DNA from: Epiperipatus broadwayi
Lineage: Eukaryota > Animalia > Onychophora
Direction of reading: 5' to 3'
NCBI GenBank assembly: GCA_028023455.1
Contig: JAQFVV010000004.1
Coordinates: forward strand, 11,718,001 to 11,782,000
DNA: 64,000 nt
In this document: positions 13,541 through 27,507 of the stretch, piece by piece
Layout of the letters: every line of letters starts with the position of its first letter
Position numbering within the stretch: the stretch's first letter is position 1
The notes under the pieces: model-generated
Database searches by the model: none
Told to the model about the DNA's origin: nothing
The model's input: the letters and a program-made list of their open reading frames with translations, nothing else
Program-made: the position numbers and the translations under genes

Positions 13541-14945
13541 CATCATCATATTCAACTATATTAATCAGTTGCAGTTTGAAAGTCTAAGTTTAATCCAGTT
13601 TCTATGATCTTTAGCTTCTCTTTTCCACATCACACCAAGAAAATCTCTTATTTTATTCATCCATCTCATATTGATTTTCTTCTAGGTCTTTTACAATCAT
13701 CCAGGATCCTGTTTAAAATTTCAATTGTCCAACTATTACCATCTCTTCTAGAAGTAAGTCCAGTCAGCTCTCCTCAATCATTTGCTCTCATCCTATAAGT
13801 TACAACTGGTAAAACACATTTAATTAAATCTTTCCTTTTCAAGTACATAGGCATATTCCCTTTTATTGTTAGGTTATTTCTATTAAAAGCATTCCATCCA
13901 AGCTCCATTTTAGGATTAATTTTATTCATTAAGCAAGGTATTTGTAGTCATTAACATTTTTTAGTTCATTTTTACCAATCTTTATTTTTTTTTTGTGAAA
14001 ATCCATTGAACATTACTTTAGTCTTTTTAGCATCTGATAACTACTGCAATTTTTCCTGAAGTTGTAAAGCATTATTTCCAAAATTTAAATAACTTAAATA
14101 ATCTCCATTTATCTTTATTCCCCTATATTCCATTTTAATCCACAAAATACTTTAAAAACTGCTGTAAAAAGTTTTGAAGATATGAAATAAATCTATTATA
14201 TATCTTTCTAACAACATTAAATGTCTTAATACATTTATTTTTTATATAGCACGATGTTTTTATAATTCTATAATATTAATAAGCCAATAAGCTAATACAC
14301 ATGCATTTTGCAGATGTCACTATATAAATGAATACTCCCACTTTTTCAAACACAAAGTGGGAGTATTCATTTATATAGTGACATCTGCAAAGCGCATGTG
14401 TATTAGCTTATTGGCTTATTACTATTATAAATGTCTTAATATTATTGTATATTTTAATTATAGCTATTGTCTTTTGGCAAATATTCTTCAGAATGTGACA
14501 ATTTTCTAATCTATATCTTGATGACCCAATAATTTAGTCACTGCAGAAATGCTTATAGAATCAAAATGCTTTTCAACAACAACTCACATTCATTGGTATT
14601 TTCTATAGGGTCTCTCAATATTTGGATGTGATACACTGTATAAAACCATTTGCTTAATCCAGAGTGTTTTTGATTGGTTAAAATCCAAAGTTTCTTGAAA
14701 GCAAGCTATAGTAATCATGGTAAAAAGTTTGTATAGACCCACTAAATGGCTGATAGATTTGTCATTTCTAATATTTTCACTATCAACATTTTAAATATCA
14801 ATATTACTAATGCATTTTTCCAATCCACTGATAAATTTTTATCATTTAGACACTTGGTACATAATTTTGCCAACAGTTTTTCTGTTTCTCCATCATTACC
14901 TGGGGCTTTTTCCTTCTTTATAGATTTAATTTCATGTTTCATGTC
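13541..14945 (-). mobile_element. Decayed, internally deleted RTE-clade LINE (RT to 3' end), interrupted by a hairpin insertion
   Basis: KAPGNDG...DWKNALVILIF, LYKLFTMI, GIKINGDYLSYL and LGWNAF...KCVLPVVTY read across broken frames. (TGA)n tail at 13541. Confidence 0.8.
14218..14441. mobile_element. Near-perfect 160-bp hairpin insertion with tail and 14-bp TSD, nested in the RTE
   Basis: Direct repeat TAAATGTCTTAATA at 14218-14231 and 14428-14441. Inverted repeat 14269-14429, unpaired segment 14232-14268. Confidence 0.85.
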
Positions 14946-15145
14946 TTATTGGTCAATTAGAAGATACAGTAATTGTAGGTGATATGTAATTATTCCTTCT
15001 TTTTTTTTTATAATTAGAATACAAAACTCAAAAAATTATACACTTTTCATAAAATATGTAATACTACAAAACTATGATTCTGTCAGCAACTTGCAAAAAG
15101 CTAGTTCAGTGTTCTTAAGTCTTATTTTGGTGTTGTTTATATATG

Positions 15146-15506
15146 TAATATATAGGGTATATGAGCACAGACTTTCAATAATCTTGGCCTCAGGGTGGCC
15201 TTTGAGCATTCCATCATCAGATTTTCAATTGGATGGATGGTTGAAGAGTTGGAGTGTGGAGTAGATTGAAACCTGTCCATTAATATATGAGGATTGGTTA
15301 TCTTAATATATATCTGAGCACTTATAGCATATATGTGTAGAGATGGTAATCTGGACCAACTGATGATTGCTGATTTAGCATGGAATACGTATATTGGTGA
15401 TTATTTATCTTTTCAACATATATGTGTTCAAGTGTATCAGTGATATGGGATAGTGTGGAGAGTGGTGGGTCGTGTGAAAGTCTGTGCTCATATACCCTAT
15501 GTATTA
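15146..15506 (+). mobile_element. Penelope-like non-autonomous element with 32-bp inverted ends and a degenerate hammerhead (15355-15398)
   Basis: Inverted ends taatatatagggtatatgagcacagactttca / tgaaagtctgtgctcatataccctatgtatta. Hammerhead-like ACCAA-CTGATGA-t-TGCT..AGCA-tggaa-TACGTA-ta-TTGGT. Confidence 0.6.
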
Positions 15507-15935
15507 TAATTAGGATTGTAAAAGATTGAAAAAAAAGTACTTAATATATCATGTTTAAGTAGATATAATAGTAAAATTTTGTGATAATTGGTGCTTATTA
15601 TAATTATTGTTTTTATTTCATACAATAAATAGAATAACATCTAAATTTATTGGTAATTTAGATTTTGCATTTTTTTAAAAAATAATTAAGAAAAAATACC
15701 AGAGAAGTGGTAAAATAGCAAGTCACTGTTTCTAAAGTACTTAAGAAAATAAGAGCAATGATCTCTTAAGCAGGATAGTTAAAGACATTAGTAATAAGTA
15801 TAAAACAAACCATCTTGATTCAAAAATATGTTAGTATTAAGCATTCTGAATTTATATTTGAATATCTGATCAAAATTATCAAACATATAGTAAAAGTGGT
15901 ATAAAATCAGAATTTATAATTTAAATTTGTATAGA

Positions 15936-16101
15936 TAATTTATAACATCACATGATCATCATTTCTTATGCTTGCTCAAGCTGTTAAAACAGGCAAAACT
16001 CTCAATAAAGTAGGCACTAGATAGGAATTTTATGCACAAACTTTCTTGCACTGAGCGGCACTATTGTATGAAGAGTTTTGCTTGTTTTAATTTATAACAT
16101 C
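15936..16101. mobile_element. Family A (hammerhead retrozyme-like) short hairpin copy with 14-bp TSD
   Basis: Direct repeat TAATTTATAACATC at 15936-15949 and 16088-16101. Arms match 59015-59060 and 59220-59305, and the tail matches the family A tail. Confidence 0.75.
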
Positions 16102-16687
16102 CTTCATAGTTTAACAGCCATAATTGTAAAAATGCACTTGTTAACTTCTCTTGCAATTAGAAATTTGGATTATAAATTATAGCATTATTTAAAACTTATA
16201 AAAAGTTATAAAATTAAATATTGTCATGGGTTCTTCTTACTATAAGATTGTTAGAAATGAGATTCAATGTACAAAAAGACATACTAATGGGCTAATGATA
16301 AAAGAAAATATATAGCCAATGCCATAAACAGGTAAAATGAATACATCAGTGAATCTAATTATTTCCAGTAAGGACAAAATCTTTCTATTTTTAAAAGTCC
16401 ATTTGAGAGAAAAACAGACAATGAGACAACTGTCACATATTAATAAATATACGTACATTGAAGGTTACAATGTGGTAAGCTCAGACCTGAATTTGGGAAT
16501 TTCTATCCTCTGTTATCATCATATCAATATGTGAGACCAGTGATCCATAGGTTAAAAGTATCAGGGTCTCAACAAAGAAGTCACTATACCCTCAAACATT
16601 AACTGTTCGATTAATAATTAAGCTTGTATAATTTTCCAACTGTAATACAAGTAAAGTATTATGTATAAACATTCTATCTGTATGTAT

Positions 16688-16897
<210 letters not shown>

Positions 16898-17034
16898 TTA
16901 CTTTTCAAAGAACTTTATTAAGCAATCAAAGGTTACATATCTTATTACATATAGTATGATACATGAATTTGATACATTTAGTATAGTAACAGTGGTATAA
17001 TGACATGTACATAAGAGATATACAAAAAATATAA

Positions 17035-17297
17035 ATGAGCATTAAAAAAATTACTAAAACAAATGATATATACATGAGAAATTAATTGGACAATTAGTTA
17101 CTTCTTAAATTAGAGTGCATAAAAATTATGCATGAACATTAAAAATATTACTAAAAACAAAAATTATATATATATACAAGAGAGATTAAATGGACAGTCA
17201 GTTAAAAAAAAATTACTAAAAAAATTTATATATATAAATAATATATATATACATGAGAAATAATATGGACGGTCAGTTACTTCTTAAATTAGAGTAC
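17035..17297. repeat. About 3 imperfect tandem units, probably in the Tx1-like 3' UTR
   Basis: Recurring ttactaaaa...tacatgagaaa..tggacaRtYagttacttcttaaattagagt. Confidence 0.6.
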
Positions 17298-17399
17298 ATC
17301 TATACAGAAAAAAATATCTCAAACTGGAGAAAAATTATGTAAGTTTATTCAGGTCTCTTTTTCATCATCTCACTGGGGTGACAAAAATGGGACGTTATT

Positions 17400-18110
17400 A
17401 CTTTGTGCTAAGATCTAAGGTTTTTATTCATTAAAGACCAAGTGTCTTGAAAGACTTTTTCTGATGTGATTTTTTTGTCTCTTTCTTTAATACTTTCCAA
17501 TTTGATTGAAAAGGTGTTTGGGTGTTGTCTAGGGTTATTATTGTACATAAATGTACATCTGGTGCACCAAAGTGCATATAGAATAAAAGTGCTTGCCCGA
17601 ATTTGTGCATATATACCCTTACTGAATGTTTTAAATAAATAGTGCATGTTGACATGCGTGTTATTAAATAGTCTAGGGATTGCTATCCATATGTTGTCAA
17701 AGCATTGACAGTCAAAGAATAGATAAGCTTGTGTTTCCATTTCTCTGTGACAAAGTGTGCATTGAGCATCTACTCTCTTGCACTGTCTTTTATATTTATA
17801 AAAATAAAGAGTAGGGAGGCATTCCAGATTTAGTTTAACTAAAAAGTCAAAGAATTTTGGCTCCAATTTCCAAAACCTAAATTTTCTAATTATTTGACGG
17901 TTATTGAGATTTAAAATTGACTTACACTCATCATTAATTGAGTGTGGTTGGAGGAGTGAGTGGACTTCCCAATATCTATATTTATTAAGGGGAGGGTGGA
18001 AATGGAGGTTATCAATGGAAAGCAAAGGGTCAATAAGGTTTTTCCAATAGCCTTTTAAAGGTGGTGGTCTATCAGTAGGTGTAATTTTGAATGTAGGAGC
18101 AATTTGAGGG
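17400..18110 (-). mobile_element. L1/Tx1-clade LINE ORF2 C-terminal fragment (zf-RVT)
   Basis: ORF 17408-18025 contains CTLCHREMETQAYLFFDC..W and YALWCTRC. Confidence 0.8.
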
Positions 18111-18150
18111 AATAATTTAGTAATATATGAGATGAGGTTTAGTGTTTTCT

Positions 18151-18436
<286 letters not shown>

Positions 18437-18900
18437 GTATAATAAATGTCATTTATATTTACTTCTAGAATCGTTTATTCTTAAATGAATCAGGAATATT
18501 ACTCCCAGTCATCATAGTATTGTATAAAAACAACAGATTAGCATAGAAATGATAGGATAAAGTTAAGATCTTTATCATTTATTTATGTCAAAAGAAAAAA
18601 TTGGCAGCTGACATTATTAGTGTATCAATAAAAGAAAGGGATCTAACACAAATGGTTGCTCATCTCCTATAAAGAAAATTTGAAGAAAAATAATGTTTTT
18701 TTTTCTCTCATGGCAAAAAAGAAAAATCAAAATGTTGAGGATTGGTTTTCTGGAAGACTTCAATCCACCAATCTGAAAAATTGGCAAGCATATATGAATT
18801 GAGATCATTTCTTTTTCATGGCAAACCAAGTCAAAAAATCAGAATAAAAATTAGCATATAAATAAGTATTTGTGATTCTTCAAATCTTACACTCTCAGTC

Positions 18901-21900
18901 TGTTGCTATATATATAGTAATCTGAGTTAGATTTTAATATAGACACATCTCTTCTGACACTTTATTTCTATTCAAACACTTGACAATTTCAAATTCAAAG
19001 GGAGGAGAAAAAAGCTAGAGATTTTACCAGAGAACCCAGAAAGTTAGTGTTGAAATGCAATTTTAAATATTTCTTAAATAAAACTCTATTACCATTTTAT
19101 TTGTGAGAGACCACCAACTTAGGATCAAACTAATGGATTCAAACAGTGTGTTTAATTGAGCAGTATCCCAGGCAACTCTAGATGAGTCTACAGTGAGTCA
19201 GGCAGCTCTATTAAAGAAAGCTATTATTTCTGAGTCAGAAAATGGATCAAATGATTCAGCTGACAAGAATTAAAAACTGTCTGAATGTATCAGCAAAAAT
19301 GCAAAAGTCTGCTATATCCTAATGCTCAAAGCGTAGGCATTGTAATCATGTCATTCATGTAAAACTAGATGTTTAAAAAAGAAATAACTGAAAAAGAATA
19401 AAAGAATCTGTTCTTAAAAATGAGAAGAGCAAAGTAAAATCAAATAAAATTAATGTCTGCATACATAAAGTGAGAAGCAATGATTTAGTCTTCAAAGCAT
19501 AATATGCCATAACAGTGGAACCTGATACCAGATCTGCCCTGTGTATTATCAGTAGAATAATTAGTTATTATCAAGGTAAACAAATGCCATTCTTAAATCA
19601 AACAATAGTTAAAATTACCATTTTAGATTAAACTATTCATTTGCCTTTGGTTGTGTTGGCTTCTTAGTCCATCAATCTATTAGGCTTTGGCTGCTTCAAT
19701 CCTTTGAGCTATAGAGAGATTAGAGTGAATTATTTCACAAATAAAACAAAATTAAAAGATTACGCAGAGGTTATTAGGACAGATTTGTGAGTTCTTAGGC
19801 CTAAGCATGCTCATGAAAACAAAAAATAGCTAAAATGTGAATAGGTCTTCAAATCCTATATCATAGGTTCAAAGAGATCAATTACCAAAATGATTACATC
19901 AGCATAAACATGGAGTTATTATCCAGCCTACTGATGGAACACACCACCACAGACATAAAAATCATTTAGAACCAGATGATGAACATCATGTAACAATGAA
20001 AAGTTCACCAGATATGATAACACGATATCCCATGAAGGATACAGACCACATGAAGATTCCAGACCAGATGAATAATCGAGTCCTAATGATGAAACTAGAT
20101 CAAATAAGGAAACAAGAAGACAAAACTAACATTTTCAGAGGGGGAAAATATCATGGACTCATCCTAGCTCTTCTAAACTTACTCCCAGATATCAGAAACA
20201 GATTCAACTTACAATAGAAGTGATCAATGGGATAATGATAAAAGGAAGTCAATAACCAATGGCATAAACAGACCAATTGGAAATCTAGGTCAGTGAATCT
20301 GATCATTTTTAGTAGAAACTGAGATCTTTCTATATTTTACATTTCCATTGAGGGGTAAAATAGACAATAACTATATAACAGTCATACCTTAATGTGGTAG
20401 GTACATTATCCAGAAGACTACAGTGAGGAAAACTCAAAGCTGGATCTGGAAACTGTCAGTAACAGTCATCACCATACTTGTAAATGAGGCAAGCCATCCA
20501 TAGACTAGAAGTGTCAATATCTCAACATGGAAGTCATTACTCTCCTTGTCAAATATTAGCTATATCACTAATAGTTAAACTTGTACAATTCACAAGCCAT
20601 AATAAAGGCAAAATATTGGGTATAAATATTGTATACATTTGTATTATTATTACTATAATAAATATTTATTGTTGATTTCTAGAATTGTGTGTTATTCTTA
20701 AGTGATCATTAATATTATTCCCCATCATACTACAGTGTAATCACAATCAATATTTAATAAGTATTATTACTTTAATGATTGAGAATATTTTAGCATTTTA
20801 AAGCTTTTTCTTTTTTATTTTATAGTTTACTATGCTTAACTGTTTGTAAATTGCAATGTCATTATTTTGCGAAGAAACCCTGTAATATATAAAAAAATAA
20901 ACCAATTTCACCATATTCTTTTTTTTTAAAAAAAAAAATCTTTATTTTTTATGAACCTTTAAAAAAAACGATTTAAAAAGATAAAGAAAGCGTGAGAAAT
21001 TTGTTTATCTTTGATATATTGAAATTAATGGGACATATTTTGTAAAAAAAAAAAGTTGAATGCTTATTAATCATTAATGAAATATTAATTTATTTTAAAA
21101 AACATAATATTCTTACAAAAAACAGGTGGGATTACAAGTGTGATTAAGATAATTTTGGATTAATTAGACGCTGCATAATCTATATTTTTAATTAAAATAA
21201 AACAAAGTTTATATTAAACCAATTACTATTGTAATGGTCAAGATTGCGTAATCAGTCAACAAGATCGACTAAGGAGAGACTGTCAACTAGCAGACATAAG
21301 GTTATCCCATGTCCCTAGTTTAAACCCTATCTAGGCTTTCTGATCTCAGCTATATAATTAACATCCTTGATGTCACACAACTTCCCTTCTTCATCCAGCA
21401 TGGTGTAGCTCAGGGTTCGAATATAGACTCTACTCTCAGGGTTCTTCATCAACTTGTGATCTTACTATACACTAGCACTCATTACGGACCTAGATTAATT
21501 TATTTACCTTATGGTTATTGACAGGATTTTGGGAATATAATTATTTCTATAATGCTACAAAGTGAAATACTATGTCACTCATATACAAAATCATGGATGT
21601 GTTTTTTTGGCAATTGAATAACATTACTGAATTATATAAAATAATTATTTAATAGTTCTGACTCACAATGATGATACAAGTTTAATTAACAATGATAATA
21701 TGAATTTTATTACAGAAACTAAAACAATGGAAAGAATAGCATAAAGTTATTGGATTAAGGTAATCTACTGGCTTTTACATAATATTACAGAAGGTGATGG
21801 CAGCTTACAGCATTAATGGGTGTCCTATTTATTTTGTACTGGATGTATGACAAGCTATCAGCCCATTATAGATTTGAATCTAGCAATCTATTATTTATTT

Positions 21901-22500
21901 TGTTTAATGGGACAATTGTGGATGGGTTTGGTTTAAGGCTACCTAGGGTTGCTGATAAGTACAGGTGAATGCTACACAGATAAATATTACTTAGATATTA
22001 TGATATTACCCTATGTGAGGCTGTCAGTGGTAATCAAATGTAAGGATGATCGATTTAGTGATTTTATGGCATGGTTCACAACTAAGGATGGATGTCCCTG
22101 GCCACAGGAGTGCTCCTGATTCTAACCAAGGGTGCATACCAATGAAGATGTGCTAAATCTATGATTTAGAGTGGTGATAAGTCTTCAGCTCCATCACATA
22201 ACCACCAGTGCTAATACTTGATTAGGAACCTGGACATGCAAGAAGGAGTATATCACTTGTCACAGTGACTATATAAAAGATGAGTGAACCAAGCAGAGAG
22301 CAGAGATAACAAATTCAATAACAATACAACCATTGCAATACATATGAAGAGGCAGGAATGCAATATACAGAAAGATTAACAATAAATTATTAAACCTTCC
22401 ACCTACACTAATAATAAACATTATGAAACTTACTTTTATATATGACAAATAAGCATCCCTAGTTAACCACATATGATTGTCTTATTACTAGAACTCATTC
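18901..22500 (+). mobile_element. Highly decayed Gypsy-like LTR retrotransposon remnant
   Basis: LTR-like TGT...AATAAA..CA at 18901-19094 and a low-complexity gag-like region. FLVETE (cf. LVDTG) near 20310. LD..YW, LTAF, YLF and YLD motifs in broken frames at 21745-22000. No second LTR found. Confidence 0.4.
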
Positions 22501-23837
22501 CCAATAACTATTTTAGTCACCTTAAACTGGGAAATCTAATAATATAATATTTAAAGTACAGGAAAGATTAATTACCCCTAATATAGACTAATAGCATACA
22601 TTTCCTGTACATGAATTGCAGTTTAATTTGCATATATATTCTACTATGTCAATAACAATGCAATACATACATCTAGATAACTTTATTAATATTATTTTCA
22701 CATAATGAAATCTTGAATTATAAATATGACAGCCGTAATATTAGTTTTCACTCCATAGGATCATTTTAAGAAAATAGAATTATTAACTTTAGCAGTATGT
22801 GAAGTAAAACTTAAACAGAATTAATATATTGTTTTTATTATAGATATCTTCAATTATAAATTCATTTCTAGTGCATGGGTTAGGTTATAATTATAGAGCA
22901 GAACGATAAACAAAAAAATGATTTATATAATTAATTGAATGGGAATATGCTTGCCATCCTTCACTAATTCTTTAGGTAATTCTAAGAAATTAAAAAATAA
23001 TCCTATTTGAAATGATGGGGGAGGGGGGGCTCAAAGAATAAGAACAGAAGCAAAAAAAATCCAATTTAGATACGTATTGTTATTACTTTAAAATTTTACA
23101 GCTTTAAATTTAACATCTTTTCAACTCGCTCCATCCCTTGGGAACATTGAGAGCAGAGAAGTGTAAACACATTTAATGATTTAAAATTTAACTCCATCAG
23201 TCAAGGTAATATAAATAAAAAGTGAAAAATAGATTTCTAATTTGCTAAATAATTAAGACCAGTAGATTTAATATCAATGATAAATACTATATACAATTTA
23301 CTAGGTTAAGACTAGCTGAAGAAAATATGTTGAGTTACAGTTAAAAATCTTTGAATAAAATTAAAGCATTTTACCAGCAAGATGATAATGACTTTTGGGA
23401 TTTCTTCTGCACAGATGGATATATGGATTCATGGTCTTCAGACTTGCATGGAGATGGTATGATGTACATGGATCTTAATCATGTTGATGGAACTTTTCTG
23501 GATGCCAAACTTCACTGATGACAGCAGAGAAGTCAGTGCACATCTACTTGCTCATAACAGCAGGTACTTTTTACATTTTCTTTTTCTTCTTCTTTGTGAA
23601 TAACAAAACAGTAAAAAGAAGAATCTTAAGTAGGATAACTAATTGGAAATTTACACTGAATATATAAGATCTTGTGCCAAATATACAACTCTATAAATAG
23701 GATCTTATGCCAAATATACCACTTTTTTTTACAATACCCCCTTACATGCTTAAATACTTATTTTTATACCTGGGGTCCACTTTTTTTAATTCTTAATGAA
23801 TTCATTCCTACTTTTGCTTTTAATTAACATTCCATTA

Positions 23838-23943
23838 GTTTTCTACTTCCTCATGCCTTGTATAGCTGAATTGGTTTCCTTGCCATTGTTGTTTTCTACT
23901 TCCTCATGCCTTGTATAGCTGAATTGTTTTCCTTGCTATTGTT
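23838..23943. repeat. 53-bp tandem duplication (2 copies)
   Basis: gttttctacttcctcatgccttgtatagctgaattg.tttccttgc.attgtt occurs twice. Confidence 0.9.
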
Positions 23944-25092
23944 TTTTGCTTTTCTTTTAACACCTTAAAATGTCTATAGATTCTGAAGGTGTTCAACTGT
24001 ACCTATTACAGCCAATTGTATCTATAGATAGGGAATTATGGCACTTACCCTCCCTTCATAATGGCTTCCTACATTGTATGCAATATATTAACATTTCTTT
24101 ATTTAATTGATTATGCTTTTAACAAGATACTTTTTTTTCTTAATATAGTGTGATTTAAAATAATCAGCTTTTAACTTTAAAATGTAAAATTGTACATGCA
24201 CACACATGCATATTACTAATGTGTGTGGATATTGAGAAATAAATTATATATGATGGAAAATAGGCTATAATTCAAGCAAACACAAAGCAAGCATATATGC
24301 CTGCAGATATGCACTGCTTCACTATTATTATATTTGTTAAATAAATGATGTTATTTAGGTTTGAAGATTGAATCTGGTATTGAATAACTACATAAAATGA
24401 GGAATTATCAGATCTTTAAAAATAAATAAATATACTCCAAATATATTATTGTATCATTATTGCTGCATACAATTGTCATATTTATACTTTAAATAATTAT
24501 CAGAGAAGTAAAAACACAATAATATTAATTATTTATAGAAACATCATATTCAATGTATACAAACAATTTTACAATGGTGCATCATTATTTTTGCCCTCTG
24601 TATGACCTGTTTAAGCATTCCTAGACCTATTTTGGCATGTTTTGTGGTAGATATCATCACAATATAGTCTATAACACCAGCATATGATAATGTTTATAAT
24701 CCTTGTTAGTTATTTCCCTTTGCATATAGTTCTTTCTTCCAGTGTATTAAACTGTCTTGAAATCATCTAATCTTGATATCAGTTCTTAACATAAGTATTC
24801 TTCATAGATAATATATCTGGTTTAAGTTGTTTTATATGCTTTTGTATAAAACAATTTTCTAATTAGTTTTATAATCCTTTTGAAATTTAATTAATTAGTA
24901 ATCAATAAAATTGAATTAATTAATACTCACTGCTTAAGTATTTATAAAACCAATTAGTATATTTATCTAATATAAAATCAGTATTTTGTACTAACTATAT
25001 TAAATATATTCCTATTCTTATTAAATTTACTACACACATATATATATATGTCAAATTAAGTATTTCTATGGATTGTTATTATAATAAAGAAT

Positions 25093-25310
25093 AAAAATGA
25101 GGTCATATCCATGTAAGCAGAGATATTTTTCAACTTTTGATGTTGCCAAGAAACTATCAATTACTATTAATTGACAATCCTTGTGGCTAAAAAAGTTTAT
25201 TAACCTATAATACTCCTTTATTGAAGTTGGGAGTGTGACAATGTGAAAGAGTAACATCTTTTTTGACATTCTGCAATTAATATTTTAAACTTCTCCAAAG
25301 AATTGTATAT
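25093..25310 (+). repeat. Dispersed repeat family B (other copies 49803-50090 and 50138-50230)
   Basis: Shared atccatgtaa.cagagata...gaaactatcaattactattaattgacaatcc...tattaacctataata. Confidence 0.75.
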
Positions 25311-26753
25311 ATATATAATTAATCCCAATCCAAGGATTGGTGATGATCATACTGAAGGGTTCTATCAGTTTTTGAGCTGTATTATTGATAATTTGCCATG
25401 AGACAGTAATATCTCCTGCTTATTGTTTATTCATGGATATATGCTGACCATAAGTATATCAAATAACTATATATAAAGGGATATTGTTTAAAAGATCTTA
25501 GTTCCCTGGGCATTTTTTATTTGTTTTGGAATTGATAACATTAGACAAGACTCATTATGATATCACCTCATGAATTCTTTGAGGCATAACCAGAAACTGA
25601 GGTCCAAATCTGTGATCACTATTTGATAGTAAGCAGTGGCTTTTTGATACATTAAGCTTAATCTTGATATTGCACAGCTTAATTATTCAATTGAGAAACA
25701 GAATGAGAATCAAAACATAGGCCAAAGTTTCAAACTTAACAATACATTATTTCAGGCAGTAAAAACAAGTAAATATATCAATATTCTCTCTATTACACAA
25801 TGAATGTAACAAAATGTCTAGATACAACTAAAGAGTCATCAATAAGGCATTTCACAAAATGGTTTACAGTCCATTTCTTAATACTTTAACTTAAAAAAAT
25901 TTTTTTCTTCTCTCTCCTCCCATGACTGGGTGATGTTTAAATTTTAAGTACAAAAATTAATTAATCCAATACATTTCATCAAAAGAATAAAAAATGATAA
26001 AAAGAAATCTACACAATTATACTTAAATTAATATAATTATACAAGCAAATATGTAATATAAAATAAACGAGAATAGAATAAACCAATGTTAGGATAATAA
26101 TAATAAAATATTAGTTTATCATTACTTATGTTAAAATTTTATCATATATATATATTATAGCTTTTCTATTTTACTACATCATTATATGGTTGTAATTAAT
26201 GGTCAATTTTAATTAAAAAAATTAAATTTTATATAATGATTAGTAAAAACTTATTTAATTTGTAGAAGTTAAAATATATTCTTTTGTTAGTATTAAACTT
26301 AAGTGAATTTTCTTTAAATAAGTATAATCTATATAAGTTATAAATTTGAAATATAAGTTGTGTTATTTATTTTAAAATGAAAAGTAAATAATAGTTAAAA
26401 TCATATAAGATATTTAAATCAATAATTATAATTATTAAAACTTAATATTTTTATAATTATTAATAATCAAATAAAAAAATGTTATTTGTTTATTGTTTTA
26501 AAATCATTTAATTGATAACAAAATAACTGAGAAGTTAGGTATGTGTTAATAGATATGCACACACACATTCTTGAAATAATAAATTAAATTTACTTCCTAG
26601 TACATTTTAAAAGGTGGTTAGTTATGAATAATAAAAGTTTTATTAAAATTAAGAAAATATTGATTTCATAATATTAATTATAAATCATTTTAAAAGTGTA
26701 GACAAAGTAATTAATATTAATTTTTTGCCAGACATCTGAAAGTAATTAACTAA

Positions 26754-27507
26754 TTAACCCTTTGGAGGATCTTTATGAGATCACTTGAAGCGGCTTCAAG
26801 TAGCTTGAATTCTGTTATTTTTAACGGTACGGTAAAGATTCTGCGCATATTTCAAAGGTTAAAAAAGTTCCGTAAGATGTGCCCTCTCTTGAATTATTTT
26901 ACAAGTAAAAAATCAATAAAACTGACATAAAGGTCTAAGAAAGAAAAAGTACCACCCATTCTTCATTTTGATTGGCTGTAACCATCAAGTTCACAGAAAG
27001 CCGCTTGTCAAAGCCACTCGTCAAAACGAAACTGCTAAGATTTCTTTTCTTTCATTTGGAAAGTGATAAACGAATGTTTTAGACCATTTTAATGATGTAT
27101 TTTTTGACATATTATAAATTACTTTGATAAAAATATGCTAAAAATAAAATTACTTTAGAAAAATAGTGAAGACTTTAGCAAAATTATTTACTTATCCACA
27201 CAACGTAAAATTGACCAAGAAACCACTGACGTCATCAAAGCTATTTGGTTGGTCAGTAATATTTGTTTTAAATTTGTTGCCATTATCAAATATGTTTAAA
27301 TTATAAATAAAAAATTATTTTTGAAAAAACTTTCGTTTATTTTCATAACCTGACAAATTATTAATATATTTTTTACAAATGAATCTAAAGTAAATATAAT
27401 ATTAAAAGATGAATATATTTTGACAGTTGAGTTTGTGACTTGTCCAATTAAAAGTTTACACTTTTACCTCACTTGGCCAATAAAATACTGGTCGCTACAA
27501 AGGTTAA
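26754..27507. other. CpG-retaining block: possible piggyBac-type non-autonomous element or cis-regulatory region
   Basis: TTAA|CCCTTTGGAG at the left and CTACAAAGG|TTAA at the right (weak TIR match). Contains an ATTGG box near 26971 and TGACGTCA near 27227. Confidence 0.3.

Noticed and set aside
21401-21422. Adjacent A-box and B-box-like motif TAGCTCAG-GGTTCGAAT
   Set aside because: No spacer or cloverleaf, so it cannot be a tRNA and is probably chance.
23415-23563. GC-richer block with AG/GT borders, a possible exon or mariner remnant
   Set aside because: All frames stop early, the phase does not give a sensible join, and transposase similarity was only suggestive.
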